Sequence record: MN871444.1
Strand: one strand, 5' to 3'
DNA: 64,000 bases
Position numbers and translations under genes: made by a program. Numbering within the stretch: the stretch's first letter is position 1; each line of letters opens with the position of its first letter. Under the pieces are notes generated by a model that did not search any database, had not been told where the DNA came from, and was given only the letters and a program-made list of their open reading frames with translations. Of this stretch, positions 18,694 through 26,700 are shown one piece after another.

Positions 18694-20013
18694 ATGACGT
18701 TTTTTTCTTCTTTCGCTGAGGCCATTGGTGCGTTCCAATCTATCACTGGAAAGTTTGACATCCACTATGGCGAACTCATCAAATCCTTTTGTGCAGCCAA
18801 TTCAACTCCAATGACCACCATTGCGTCAACGCAGTTCCTTAACGTCAATGAATATTTCGACTCTACACTGTGGTTGAAATCATTTATTGATCGTCACGGT
18901 TTTCGTCACATCGGCATTGGGAATTACATCTGGTGCGACAGCTACAATCGTCCGCTGGCGTTTATTAACCTAAATATCGACAGCCGTGAGAACTTCAAGT
19001 TCGAAGCATTCGGCGCCGAAAGAATTATTATTGGGCTGATTGATGAAATTAAAGCTAACACAAAAACAGTGGATGAAGAAAGGGACCTACCCACTTACAT
19101 TGAAATGGTGGACATTGATGAAGATGGTGATGTTGAACTTGAGCAACGTACCCTCTACAGTGACCGAGTATGCCGCCAGGAATACTACCCGTATCTAGAA
19201 GGCGGGGTCGAGTCACTATTGGCTGATTTTTTGCAAAGTGATGAAACAGTACTGATTCTGATGGGTCCTCCGGGTACAGGTAAATCCAGCGCGATTTTCT
19301 CCTCGGCCGAGGTATTCAATCTGGAACTTATCTACGCCAACAGCGTGATGGTAACGCAACATCCAAAATTTGTTTCTGAGCTGTTTAAGCTAAGTGATGC
19401 TCGCATGGCCGAAGCCAGTAAGGACCTGCGCATAAATCGGTCATCGTTATTTATCGACCGCAGTCTTTTGTCCGACGTAAATCCCCGAACAAACTATCAA
19501 TCGGTCGATAAGGATACGATCGATTCTTCGATTAATGCAAGCGTGACTAGTCACCGACAACTCGGTGGGTTGTTCAACTACTATAGTGAAAGTAGTTTTT
19601 CTCCAAGTATGGCTTCTTTAGCTAGCTCAGGTAAACGCATTCCACTGGCCGTTGTAGAAGACGCAGACCTCCTGTTGCGTCCCCGTTCTGCCGGTAACGC
19701 GTACATGCAACAGCTGCTGAACGAAACTGATGGCGCCAATTCCAATGAATTGCGCAAAGTCGTATTTACCACCAACCAAGCATCGCTCGACGATATCGAT
19801 CCAGCCCTGTATCGTGACGGGCGCTGCTTTGGCGTTATTGATTTCAGGAACTTGACCCCAGAAGAAGCGGTGATTGCTCGTAAAGTGGCTGGTCTCCCGG
19901 ACTTTGAAAAGGTGCCTACCAACTCAGTGCCCCTGGCTACCGCATTGAAAAAGCCACGTAAACGCCTCTACCTGAATAAAACCAAATCAGGTGTAGGTTA
20001 CGTTACACACTAA
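18694..20013 (+). CDS. AAA+ ATPase (core AAA domain)
   Basis: GPPGTGKS Walker A, AVVEDAD Walker B, LLNETDG, FTTN, IDPALYRDGR; start uncertain (see findings). Confidence 0.85.
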   Translation: MTFFSSFAEAIGAFQSITGKFDIHYGELIKSFCAANSTPMTTIASTQFLNVNEYFDSTLWLKSFIDRHGFRHIGIGNYIWCDSYNRPLAFINLNIDSRENFKFEAFGAERIIIGLIDEIKANTKTVDEERDLPTYIEMVDIDEDGDVELEQRTLYSDRVCRQEYYPYLEGGVESLLADFLQSDETVLILMGPPGTGKSSAIFSSAEVFNLELIYANSVMVTQHPKFVSELFKLSDARMAEASKDLRINRSSLFIDRSLLSDVNPRTNYQSVDKDTIDSSINASVTSHRQLGGLFNYYSESSFSPSMASLASSGKRIPLAVVEDADLLLRPRSAGNAYMQQLLNETDGANSNELRKVVFTTNQASLDDIDPALYRDGRCFGVIDFRNLTPEEAVIARKVAGLPDFEKVPTNSVPLATALKKPRKRLYLNKTKSGVGYVTH

Positions 20014-20069
20014 CTATCGGGGGGGGGGATAATACCCCCCTCATTCGATAATAATTCAGGAAAAAGCAA

Positions 20070-20558
20070 ATGTCGCTAATCATAAAAAGAACCGAACATG
20101 GTGGGCTGATAGATAATTTAAGAGGCCACCACATCGGGGCTAAACTGACATTAAACTCAGTACGCCATCACAACTGGGAGGCTCGACGACTTAACCTAAG
20201 AGACCTCATCACAATCTGTTTTCAAGCAGGTGATAGAACCGTGCGTATCGTCGACACCACTTTATCGATTGATACTCTAACTCCCTGGCCAGGGTTTTAT
20301 GAACTGCCGGCCCTCTATCTGGGAGTGGTCAGGGATGAAGAGTATTACAATGGCTGGAACATAGCTGGGCGTTTAAGTATATTGTTGAACGTTCCACTTC
20401 CCGGTCCAAGCGGCGGCGAATATGCCTTCAATGATACCCAATACCCCTATCTGGTAACCCCGCGGGGCGACTATACTGAACTCTGCATAACCGGTGCAAT
20501 CGAATGCGACAATGGGGACATCGGTCTGTATTTGCGGGATTTTCCATATTCACCGTAA
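20070..20558 (+). CDS. Hypothetical protein
   Basis: AGGA RBS; ORF track. Confidence 0.55.
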   Translation: MSLIIKRTEHGGLIDNLRGHHIGAKLTLNSVRHHNWEARRLNLRDLITICFQAGDRTVRIVDTTLSIDTLTPWPGFYELPALYLGVVRDEEYYNGWNIAGRLSILLNVPLPGPSGGEYAFNDTQYPYLVTPRGDYTELCITGAIECDNGDIGLYLRDFPYSP

Positions 20559-20600
20559 CGGCATAGGAGGAGGCGCAAGCCTCCTCCTTTTATGTTGTCC
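20557..20600. terminator. Bidirectional terminator with AACGGCATA / TTTATGTTGTC flanks
   Basis: GGAGGAGGC-GCAA-GCCTCCTCC stem between convergent genes. Confidence 0.75.
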
Positions 20601-20607
20601 TTTTATT

Positions 20608-20940
20608 TTATTTCGCCTCGGGCAAATCTAAAGTCTGCCCAGCAAATTGATGAGTACAATCACTGAGATATTGAATTTTACCATCGGTAATAAAACTATG
20701 GCATACTTTATTAATATCTTTCGTCGTATCATCAAATTCATCGGGATTATCTGATGGTTCTGTCCAGGTCACTAATACTGACGGCTGGAATGTCGGTTTA
20801 TCCACATCTCCATTAAACAGCCATTGTGGTTGGGTCGTACCACCGGCACGCACCTGGTGGCGATGACCACAACCAACGCACATAAATGTGTATCCCAACA
20901 TCTTACCTGTTGCATCATGGAAAGCTTTTACTCTAGCCAT
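20608..20940 (-). CDS. DUF6527-like Zn-binding protein
   Basis: CVGCGHRH, WLFNGDVDKPTFQPSVL, CHSFITDGKIQYLSDCTH. Confidence 0.75.
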   Translation of the reverse strand: MARVKAFHDATGKMLGYTFMCVGCGHRHQVRAGGTTQPQWLFNGDVDKPTFQPSVLVTWTEPSDNPDEFDDTTKDINKVCHSFITDGKIQYLSDCTHQFAGQTLDLPEAK

Positions 20941-20958
20941 AAAACCTCCGGGAGATTA

Positions 20959-21240
20959 ATGATGTTAGAAAAATTAAAGACAATGCTATTCGGCCATAAA
21001 CTTGTCACGTATTCTCCGCCAAAGTCCATTAGAATTATTACAGTAAATGAGACCCAATTGATTGTATCCTTAGTTAGGATGCGACATATTCGTTCTAAGA
21101 GGCCTGGGGTCTATCATAATGGGGATTGGTGGCTACGAGTCCATCCTGCCAATAATTGCGGACCTAAGATAAATTACCCCGGTTACTGGTCATCTATTCA
21201 GGCTGCTTCCCAATACTATTCAGATTATCTGGCGGAGTAA
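20959..21240 (+). CDS. Hypothetical protein
   Basis: GGAG RBS before ATG 20959. Confidence 0.55.
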   Translation: MMLEKLKTMLFGHKLVTYSPPKSIRIITVNETQLIVSLVRMRHIRSKRPGVYHNGDWWLRVHPANNCGPKINYPGYWSSIQAASQYYSDYLAE

Positions 21241-21245
21241 TTACC

Positions 21246-21560
21246 ATGAGTCAGCGCACTAAAGACACTATCATTAATTTATTCTGTTTGATTTGGTTAT
21301 TTTCGCTGATGTTTGTGGTGTGCGTTATGCAAAATAAATGGGGTATCGGTGTATTTCTGGTGGGTTACCTAACCCCTTCTTTATTTTTAGCTGTAGCGGG
21401 TTGGGTTGGTGGCAATAATCGGATAGATAAAATCGTGGGGTTTGGATACGGTCTCATCTATATTGGCGATTCCGCAATTATCGCGTTAGAATCTATTCGA
21501 TACGATATTGCGGATTGGCGCAACACACCGAAACCCAAACACAAAAATTTTAGGTATTAG
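21246..21560 (+). CDS. Membrane protein
   Basis: Two to three hydrophobic segments. Confidence 0.55.
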   Translation: MSQRTKDTIINLFCLIWLFSLMFVVCVMQNKWGIGVFLVGYLTPSLFLAVAGWVGGNNRIDKIVGFGYGLIYIGDSAIIALESIRYDIADWRNTPKPKHKNFRY

Positions 21561-21563
21561 CAA

Positions 21564-22139
21564 ATGAACTATGTCACCGTCGTAGGTAGTCGTGATGTAA
21601 CCGTGGACGAATATCTTCTAATGGTAGAATTAGGGATGTGGCTGGCCTACTATTATGGGTTGTATGCACGTTCCGGTAAGGCTACTGGTTCAGACCAAGC
21701 TTGGCAGCGCGGATTTGAAATCGGAGATGCTCTTCGTGGACGGAAAGGTCGACACCAAATATTTTTGGGGTGGGCTTCTTTTGAACGAAAAAATGGCAAG
21801 ACCAGTGACCGGTACGACATCGTACCGGAAAAAGGTGCTCTTTGGGATAGGGCAACAGAAATAGCATCGCGCATACATCCTGCCTGGGATAAAGTTAAAC
21901 CGGGAGGCAGGTTGCAACACACTCGCAACGTGTATCAACTCTTAGGACCCGATTTAAGCGAACCGTCAAAATTTTGTTTGTATTGTGCCGATGGCGATAA
22001 ACATGGGGTACCTAAAGGGGGTACTCGAACCGCGGTAATGTTAGCTCGAGAGAATAACATACCTCAATTTAATGTCAGAGGTAAAACGCTCGATGAAGCA
22101 AAACAATGGGTGCGCAAACAACTCCCTCTAAATGCGTGA
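21564..22139 (+). CDS. SLOG-superfamily (DprA/Smf-like) nucleotide-binding protein
   Basis: VVGSRD, RSGKATGSD, RNVYQLLG and GGTRTAV motifs. Confidence 0.75.
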   Translation: MNYVTVVGSRDVTVDEYLLMVELGMWLAYYYGLYARSGKATGSDQAWQRGFEIGDALRGRKGRHQIFLGWASFERKNGKTSDRYDIVPEKGALWDRATEIASRIHPAWDKVKPGGRLQHTRNVYQLLGPDLSEPSKFCLYCADGDKHGVPKGGTRTAVMLARENNIPQFNVRGKTLDEAKQWVRKQLPLNA

Positions 22140-22187
22140 AAATCATCAAATAAAATAATTATAAACCTATATCACTTCGATGAATAG
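22137..22187 (+). repeat. About 50-bp promoter-like repeat, copy 1 (copy 2 at 28828)
   Basis: TGAAAATCATCAAATAAAATAATTATAAaCCTATATcACTTcGaTGAATA. Confidence 0.7.
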
Positions 22188-22219
22188 GTACCTTACTTTA
22201 CTTTTTTGAGGAGAGCATT

Positions 22220-22633
22220 ATGTTTTATATTTTAGGTTTATTATCAATATTTGGTCTCGGTGCTATCAGCGCATATCCGTCTGGCAGTATTGTTGTGTGG
22301 GCCGTCATCGCCATGGCTGCATTGGTTTGTATCCTTTCTTTTATCCACGAAAGAAAAGAAACCGTGGCTGCAGTATGGGCGGTGCTTGACGTAGCGGTAG
22401 AGAATGAAGAACACTACTGGGAGTTCACGGAGTTTAATTTGGCTCCTTACGTCATCAATAAATTATCGGATTCTGATGCGGGGGCTAATTTCTGGTTAAT
22501 GGATTATTCTTTTAAATTGAAGCCCGGGATTAATGGTGATACCACCATTGTGGAACTCACCTTAGGGCGTAAAAAATATCGTCGGGAATATCCGAGCAAT
22601 TTCTTCTTACCTACTGACCTGAAACAAGCATAA
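22220..22633 (+). CDS. Membrane-anchored hypothetical protein
   Basis: Two N-terminal TM segments; GAGGAG RBS. Confidence 0.6.
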   Translation: MFYILGLLSIFGLGAISAYPSGSIVVWAVIAMAALVCILSFIHERKETVAAVWAVLDVAVENEEHYWEFTEFNLAPYVINKLSDSDAGANFWLMDYSFKLKPGINGDTTIVELTLGRKKYRREYPSNFFLPTDLKQA

Positions 22634-22708
22634 CTCTCAGCAAAGTAAAGTAAGAAATCAGAGGGTGGGTAAAACCACCCTCATTTATAACGTTATAGGA
22701 GTTTTGTT

Positions 22709-23095
22709 ATGTTAGACGAACTGGTTATTGCGGGCGCATTATCTCGATTAGGGATTACTGGCTTTATTTCTAATTTGGGGGTCATGGCAGTACATCACAA
22801 CGGGCCGACCGTTACGATTTCTCTGCCCGGTGAACAGACCGACGTTTTGTCTGGTCGGCAATTCGAAGCCAGCGTCAATGAAACCCATCTGAAAGAAACG
22901 GGGAAGCCTATTATCTTTAAAGGTCCTTTATCTTATCGTGATGGTTCCGATGACCTAAAAGTTGTATTGTTTGAGAATACTTACGGCCATGCCCTGTTGA
23001 ACGAAACACTGGGCGTGTGTACCGTATACATCCACAATACGTTGGCCCTGTCCCTCCATCGCGATAGTGATGGGTTCTGGGTTACCGTTGATTAA
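22709..23095 (+). CDS. Hypothetical protein
   Basis: AGGAG RBS. Confidence 0.6.
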   Translation: MLDELVIAGALSRLGITGFISNLGVMAVHHNGPTVTISLPGEQTDVLSGRQFEASVNETHLKETGKPIIFKGPLSYRDGSDDLKVVLFENTYGHALLNETLGVCTVYIHNTLALSLHRDSDGFWVTVD

Positions 23096-23111
23096 ACTGA
23101 AGGGGAACACC

Positions 23112-23459
23112 ATGGCAGAAGTAACTATAAAAGATCTGAATAATGAAACGCTGGATATGTTGCGGGCCGTGACCGTGTGGTTACAACGTTCGCCTTACGA
23201 CCCGGCTGCACTGCATAATGCGGTCGCATTATTGTCCACATCCGTCACTAACCTGTTTCAGTTGATCAACAAACAAACTGAGCAACATGATATCGTGGTC
23301 GAGAATATCCGGGCTCTCACCAAGAACAATCAATTGATTATAGATAGCCTGCAGTTACTGGCCGGTAACTTCGTCAATCTGGCATCCATCACAATACCGA
23401 AACCGGACGAAGAGGCGTCGGATGAAAAGCCGACATCAAATTTCGAAACCAAATACTGA
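23112..23459 (+). CDS. Coiled-coil hypothetical protein
   Basis: AGGGG RBS before ATG 23112; heptad pattern. Confidence 0.55.
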   Translation: MAEVTIKDLNNETLDMLRAVTVWLQRSPYDPAALHNAVALLSTSVTNLFQLINKQTEQHDIVVENIRALTKNNQLIIDSLQLLAGNFVNLASITIPKPDEEASDEKPTSNFETKY

Positions 23460-23477
23460 GTATAGGAGCGACGGACC

Positions 23478-24056
23478 ATGGCTATTAGCGCAACAGCAGT
23501 TGTAAACCACAATGATAAAGAATATCACTTGGATGTGCTTCCTTTTCTTTATGCCGATGGATTAGAAACGGCTGAATTTCGTCGGGTTATTCGACCAGAA
23601 CCGGAGGGCTGCCGGTTGGGGGTTATAAGGACCTACATCAAAGGCATTACCGGTGTCGATGACGATGATGAATTCTCCATCGACATGGGGATGGTTCATC
23701 AGGATGACATTGATGCGATGATGGTCACTCACCTACCTCCGGATAAAGATAAGTATCCCTTCCAATCCAATCCGCGTATCAAAAAGCTTATTCTAAAAGA
23801 ATTGGCGTATACTGGGCGTGCCGACCCAATCGGTCTAAAGCGCGAACTCGCCACTGACGGGAAACGAGTATTCACCTACGACCAAGATTTTACCGGACTG
23901 GAGCATGTCGTCTCTGCCGAAGTAAACATCTGGTATAAAGACGGGCGTCGGCCACAGGTCCACGTCATTCTAGCTAAAAGCGGCCTGCAGGCAACTCAAC
24001 TGGTTGCTGCGCATCTCTATCTGGCTTACGGCACCTATCGTGCCTACCCGTATTAA
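23478..24056 (+). CDS. Hypothetical protein
   Basis: AGGAG RBS. Confidence 0.6.
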   Translation: MAISATAVVNHNDKEYHLDVLPFLYADGLETAEFRRVIRPEPEGCRLGVIRTYIKGITGVDDDDEFSIDMGMVHQDDIDAMMVTHLPPDKDKYPFQSNPRIKKLILKELAYTGRADPIGLKRELATDGKRVFTYDQDFTGLEHVVSAEVNIWYKDGRRPQVHVILAKSGLQATQLVAAHLYLAYGTYRAYPY

Positions 24057-24068
24057 TTGGAGCGTATC

Positions 24069-24320
24069 ATGTTTAATTGGTTCACTGCTTGGAAAGATGG
24101 TCAGCTGCAGCGGTATATTTGTAAAAATAAAGCGCTTGACGGGTTAGACTATACCGGGGTAAAAAAACCTCTTCGCATACATACCACGTCTGCCTTAGTT
24201 GATGGTATAGTAGCAGTGTGGCTAATGCGGCAATCTGTGTTTACGCGACGCTTCTACACCCCGCCCAAATTTAAGTATGTTACATCGGGCGATAAAGTCA
24301 GAATTTGCATGTATCGCTAA
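24069..24320 (+). CDS. Hypothetical protein
   Basis: GGAG RBS before ATG 24069. Confidence 0.5.
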   Translation: MFNWFTAWKDGQLQRYICKNKALDGLDYTGVKKPLRIHTTSALVDGIVAVWLMRQSVFTRRFYTPPKFKYVTSGDKVRICMYR

Positions 24321-24411
24321 AGCGTACATCGGGGAGGAGCCTAGGCTCCTCCCCATACGCTGCTCATTGATTTTATTTTTTGCCATAATAAGCAACGTAG
24401 GGGGGCATACC

Positions 24412-24930
24412 GTGAGAGATAAGTTCTGGGTACCGGAAATCACCCGGGTAGTCACCCTGGGCATTAACACTCCTACTCCGCAAATAAATAATGATGGTTC
24501 TTACGATGTCGTATTAGCTAACCTGAATGCGCAGTCTATAGATGGTCAGCTTGTTATTATTGACGACGCACTGCTTAGAAATCAGATGGACTTTTTAACG
24601 GGACAACAATTAGGACAGTATAATTTTTCAGGAACGATTAACAATATCCCGTATGGGCCTACTGTAAAGAAGATGGAAGCACGCATTCCCAACCCGATGT
24701 ATACCTTAAATGGCTATTCGTTACAATATCACGACGATGGTCATGTTACGGTTATGGGTAATGTCACTCCGACAAACCAAACTTTATGGGATAAACTTGC
24801 AATAAATAATCGCGGACTTTTCTTTTCTATGCGTTCGCTGATTACTATTCATGGAGAAACCCGTGAAGTCCTAAGCATCATTTCTTTCGATATGGAAAGG
24901 CGTGTGGTGCTAAGGCGGTTCAAAGGATGA
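24412..24930 (+). CDS. Prohead-protease-like protein (phiKZ gp175/T4 gp21 fold), probably degenerate
   Basis: DGSYDVVLANLN, MGNVTP, FFSMRSL and SIISFD resemble gp175-type motifs; GTG start after a G-rich RBS. Confidence 0.45.
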   Translation: MRDKFWVPEITRVVTLGINTPTPQINNDGSYDVVLANLNAQSIDGQLVIIDDALLRNQMDFLTGQQLGQYNFSGTINNIPYGPTVKKMEARIPNPMYTLNGYSLQYHDDGHVTVMGNVTPTNQTLWDKLAINNRGLFFSMRSLITIHGETREVLSIISFDMERRVVLRRFKG

Positions 24931-25223
24931 TGAGCAAACAAGAATATTGGATAACATGGTTTGTGTTGGGTCTAGTGTTATTGTTTCTTGTCGGAGGGAT
25001 GTGTTTGGTGGGTTATGCTGTTTATAACCGGTACGTTTCAGCGGGGTTAGCTTATTTAATTCTGGGTTTAATGGTCTACACAGTGGATCCAGGTAAATAT
25101 CTTTCTCTAGATGGGCGTATTGGTACTCAACCTAGTTTATGGCCTTTATTGGGTTGGGTGGTTTATTTGCCTTGGATAATTGTACTTTGGTTTTGTTCGC
25201 CATGGTACGTATTTAGGCGTTAG
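24927..25223 (+). CDS. Multi-pass membrane protein
   Basis: Three hydrophobic segments. Confidence 0.55.
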   Translation: MMSKQEYWITWFVLGLVLLFLVGGMCLVGYAVYNRYVSAGLAYLILGLMVYTVDPGKYLSLDGRIGTQPSLWPLLGWVVYLPWIIVLWFCSPWYVFRR

Positions 25224-25283
25224 GTATGATACGGTGCCAAATAGCATCTTTTTTTCTGAAGATTGAGGCAAGAGGCTAACTCA

Positions 25284-25592
25284 ATGAAAATTACTTTCTC
25301 GGAACTGTTAATGAATTGGGCACTTACCCTGGTTATTTTACTCACCCTTCCTTTGAATGCCTATATGGCTTCTCGAGGATTGGGAGCAACCAGTCAAGTG
25401 TTTATCGTGTTGTTTTATTTGTGTGGGGTGTTGTTTTCGTTTACGTTGTGCCGAAACAAATACCGCCAAGAAACCTCATTCAGCTCAGCTGTCTGGTTAT
25501 CAATATTTTGGTTTGTCGTTACGGTAATCACCACCATCAGCGCAACCCGTTTCTATTTGTATCCGGTATCAACAACACAACAAATTCAGTAG
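25284..25592 (+). CDS. Multi-pass membrane protein
   Basis: Three hydrophobic segments; GAGG RBS. Confidence 0.55.
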   Translation: MKITFSELLMNWALTLVILLTLPLNAYMASRGLGATSQVFIVLFYLCGVLFSFTLCRNKYRQETSFSSAVWLSIFWFVVTVITTISATRFYLYPVSTTQQIQ

Positions 25593-25601
25593 TGACGAGT
25601 G

Positions 25602-25678
25602 GCTAGGTATTGGGGATAAATCTCCGATACCTAGCTATTTATGCCGTCGACGGCATAAAAGGGAGGCCGAAGCCTCCC
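25602..25678. terminator. Back-to-back terminators joined by the 22-bp palindrome TTTATGCCGTCGACGGCATAAA
   Basis: Stem 25602-25635, palindrome 25638-25659, stem 25661-25678, between convergent genes. Confidence 0.75.
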
Positions 25679-25683
25679 AGATA

Positions 25684-26202
25684 TTACAGTGAGCCCAGAT
25701 CGGTTTCCGGAGCTACCGAGGCAACAGTAACCGCCTGAGTTACGGTGATTACCACAGTGCCGCTGAAGGCGTAGTTGGTTTCCGTTGCGGCTACGGTGAG
25801 GGCATACGCTTCACCTGAGGTTACCACTGCGGAAGTAATAACAACATCATCCGCGGCCAGGCCCAGACCCAGAACGGAATTAACGACCGCCAGAAGATCT
25901 TCAGCGCTGGAGGTATCGGTCAGTACCGGAGTTCCGGCCCACGCAAACGTAGCGTTAGCTACCGCCAGTACGTCGCTAACATAGGCGGCCAGACCCTTAC
26001 GCACGTAGTTATACGTGGTCGGGTCTTTATACTTGGTGGTGTCCACCGGCGACAGCACAACCGCCGCGTCGTGATTTTCGAGCGCAGATGCTTGGACCGC
26101 AGACAGAGTGAACTGGTCGCGCAGCGCATCGTAGTTCGGGTTTTTGGTCGCGATGAGGTCTTTGACGACTTCAACAGGAGATTTGGACCAGGTAATAGCC
26201 AT
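25684..26202 (-). CDS. Probable virion structural protein (phiKZ-like family)
   Basis: Strong optimal-codon bias; Ala/Thr/Val-rich beta-type sequence; Y-x-Y-x-R motif. Confidence 0.55.
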   Translation of the reverse strand: MAITWSKSPVEVVKDLIATKNPNYDALRDQFTLSAVQASALENHDAAVVLSPVDTTKYKDPTTYNYVRKGLAAYVSDVLAVANATFAWAGTPVLTDTSSAEDLLAVVNSVLGLGLAADDVVITSAVVTSGEAYALTVAATETNYAFSGTVVITVTQAVTVASVAPETDLGSL

Positions 26203-26247
26203 GATAATCCTCTTAGGGTTTATTGGTGTTACGTAAATTTATTTCCA

Positions 26248-26700
26248 CTATTCTATTTTGCCCAGGTCGGTATTTGGGAACAGAATTGAAATGGATTGTG
26301 GGTGAATATAGTTGATGTGTAAAATGCCCGTTCCATAAAAGACCGGGTGTTTCGAACCCAGAGAATATTTTAGATCAAAACCATCATCAGTTACGACCAA
26401 TTGTCCAGATACAAAATTATCTGGAATGAAAGCCACCCGCAGGTGGGAACTTAATATCTGCGATATATCTTGCAGCGTGCTTGATGCACTTAATTGGGTA
26501 ACATCACCGTTAACAGTCATGGTGGTGTTGTCCCATACTTTTAGGAAACGGGATAATTTTAGTTTACCTCTGGATTTATCAATGAGGTCTCCTACTGATA
26601 TATTGACCCCGAAGAAAATGACCAGAAGCGTTAATACAATCACGGCGATAGACAGCGCCGTCACTGCAAGGCTTACATCAATCATTGCATCACCATTCAA
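26248..26700 (-). CDS. Hypothetical protein with N-terminal TM; C-terminus resembles the neighbouring virion protein
   Basis: ORF track; HPVFYGT versus NYAFSGT. Confidence 0.5.
   Translation of the reverse strand: MNGDAMIDVSLAVTALSIAVIVLTLLVIFFGVNISVGDLIDKSRGKLKLSRFLKVWDNTTMTVNGDVTQLSASSTLQDISQILSSHLRVAFIPDNFVSGQLVVTDDGFDLKYSLGSKHPVFYGTGILHINYIHPQSISILFPNTDLGKIE

Noticed and set aside
20019-20042. Poly-G run as a phase-variable tract
   Set aside because: It is intergenic and pairs with the following C-run as a terminator-like hairpin
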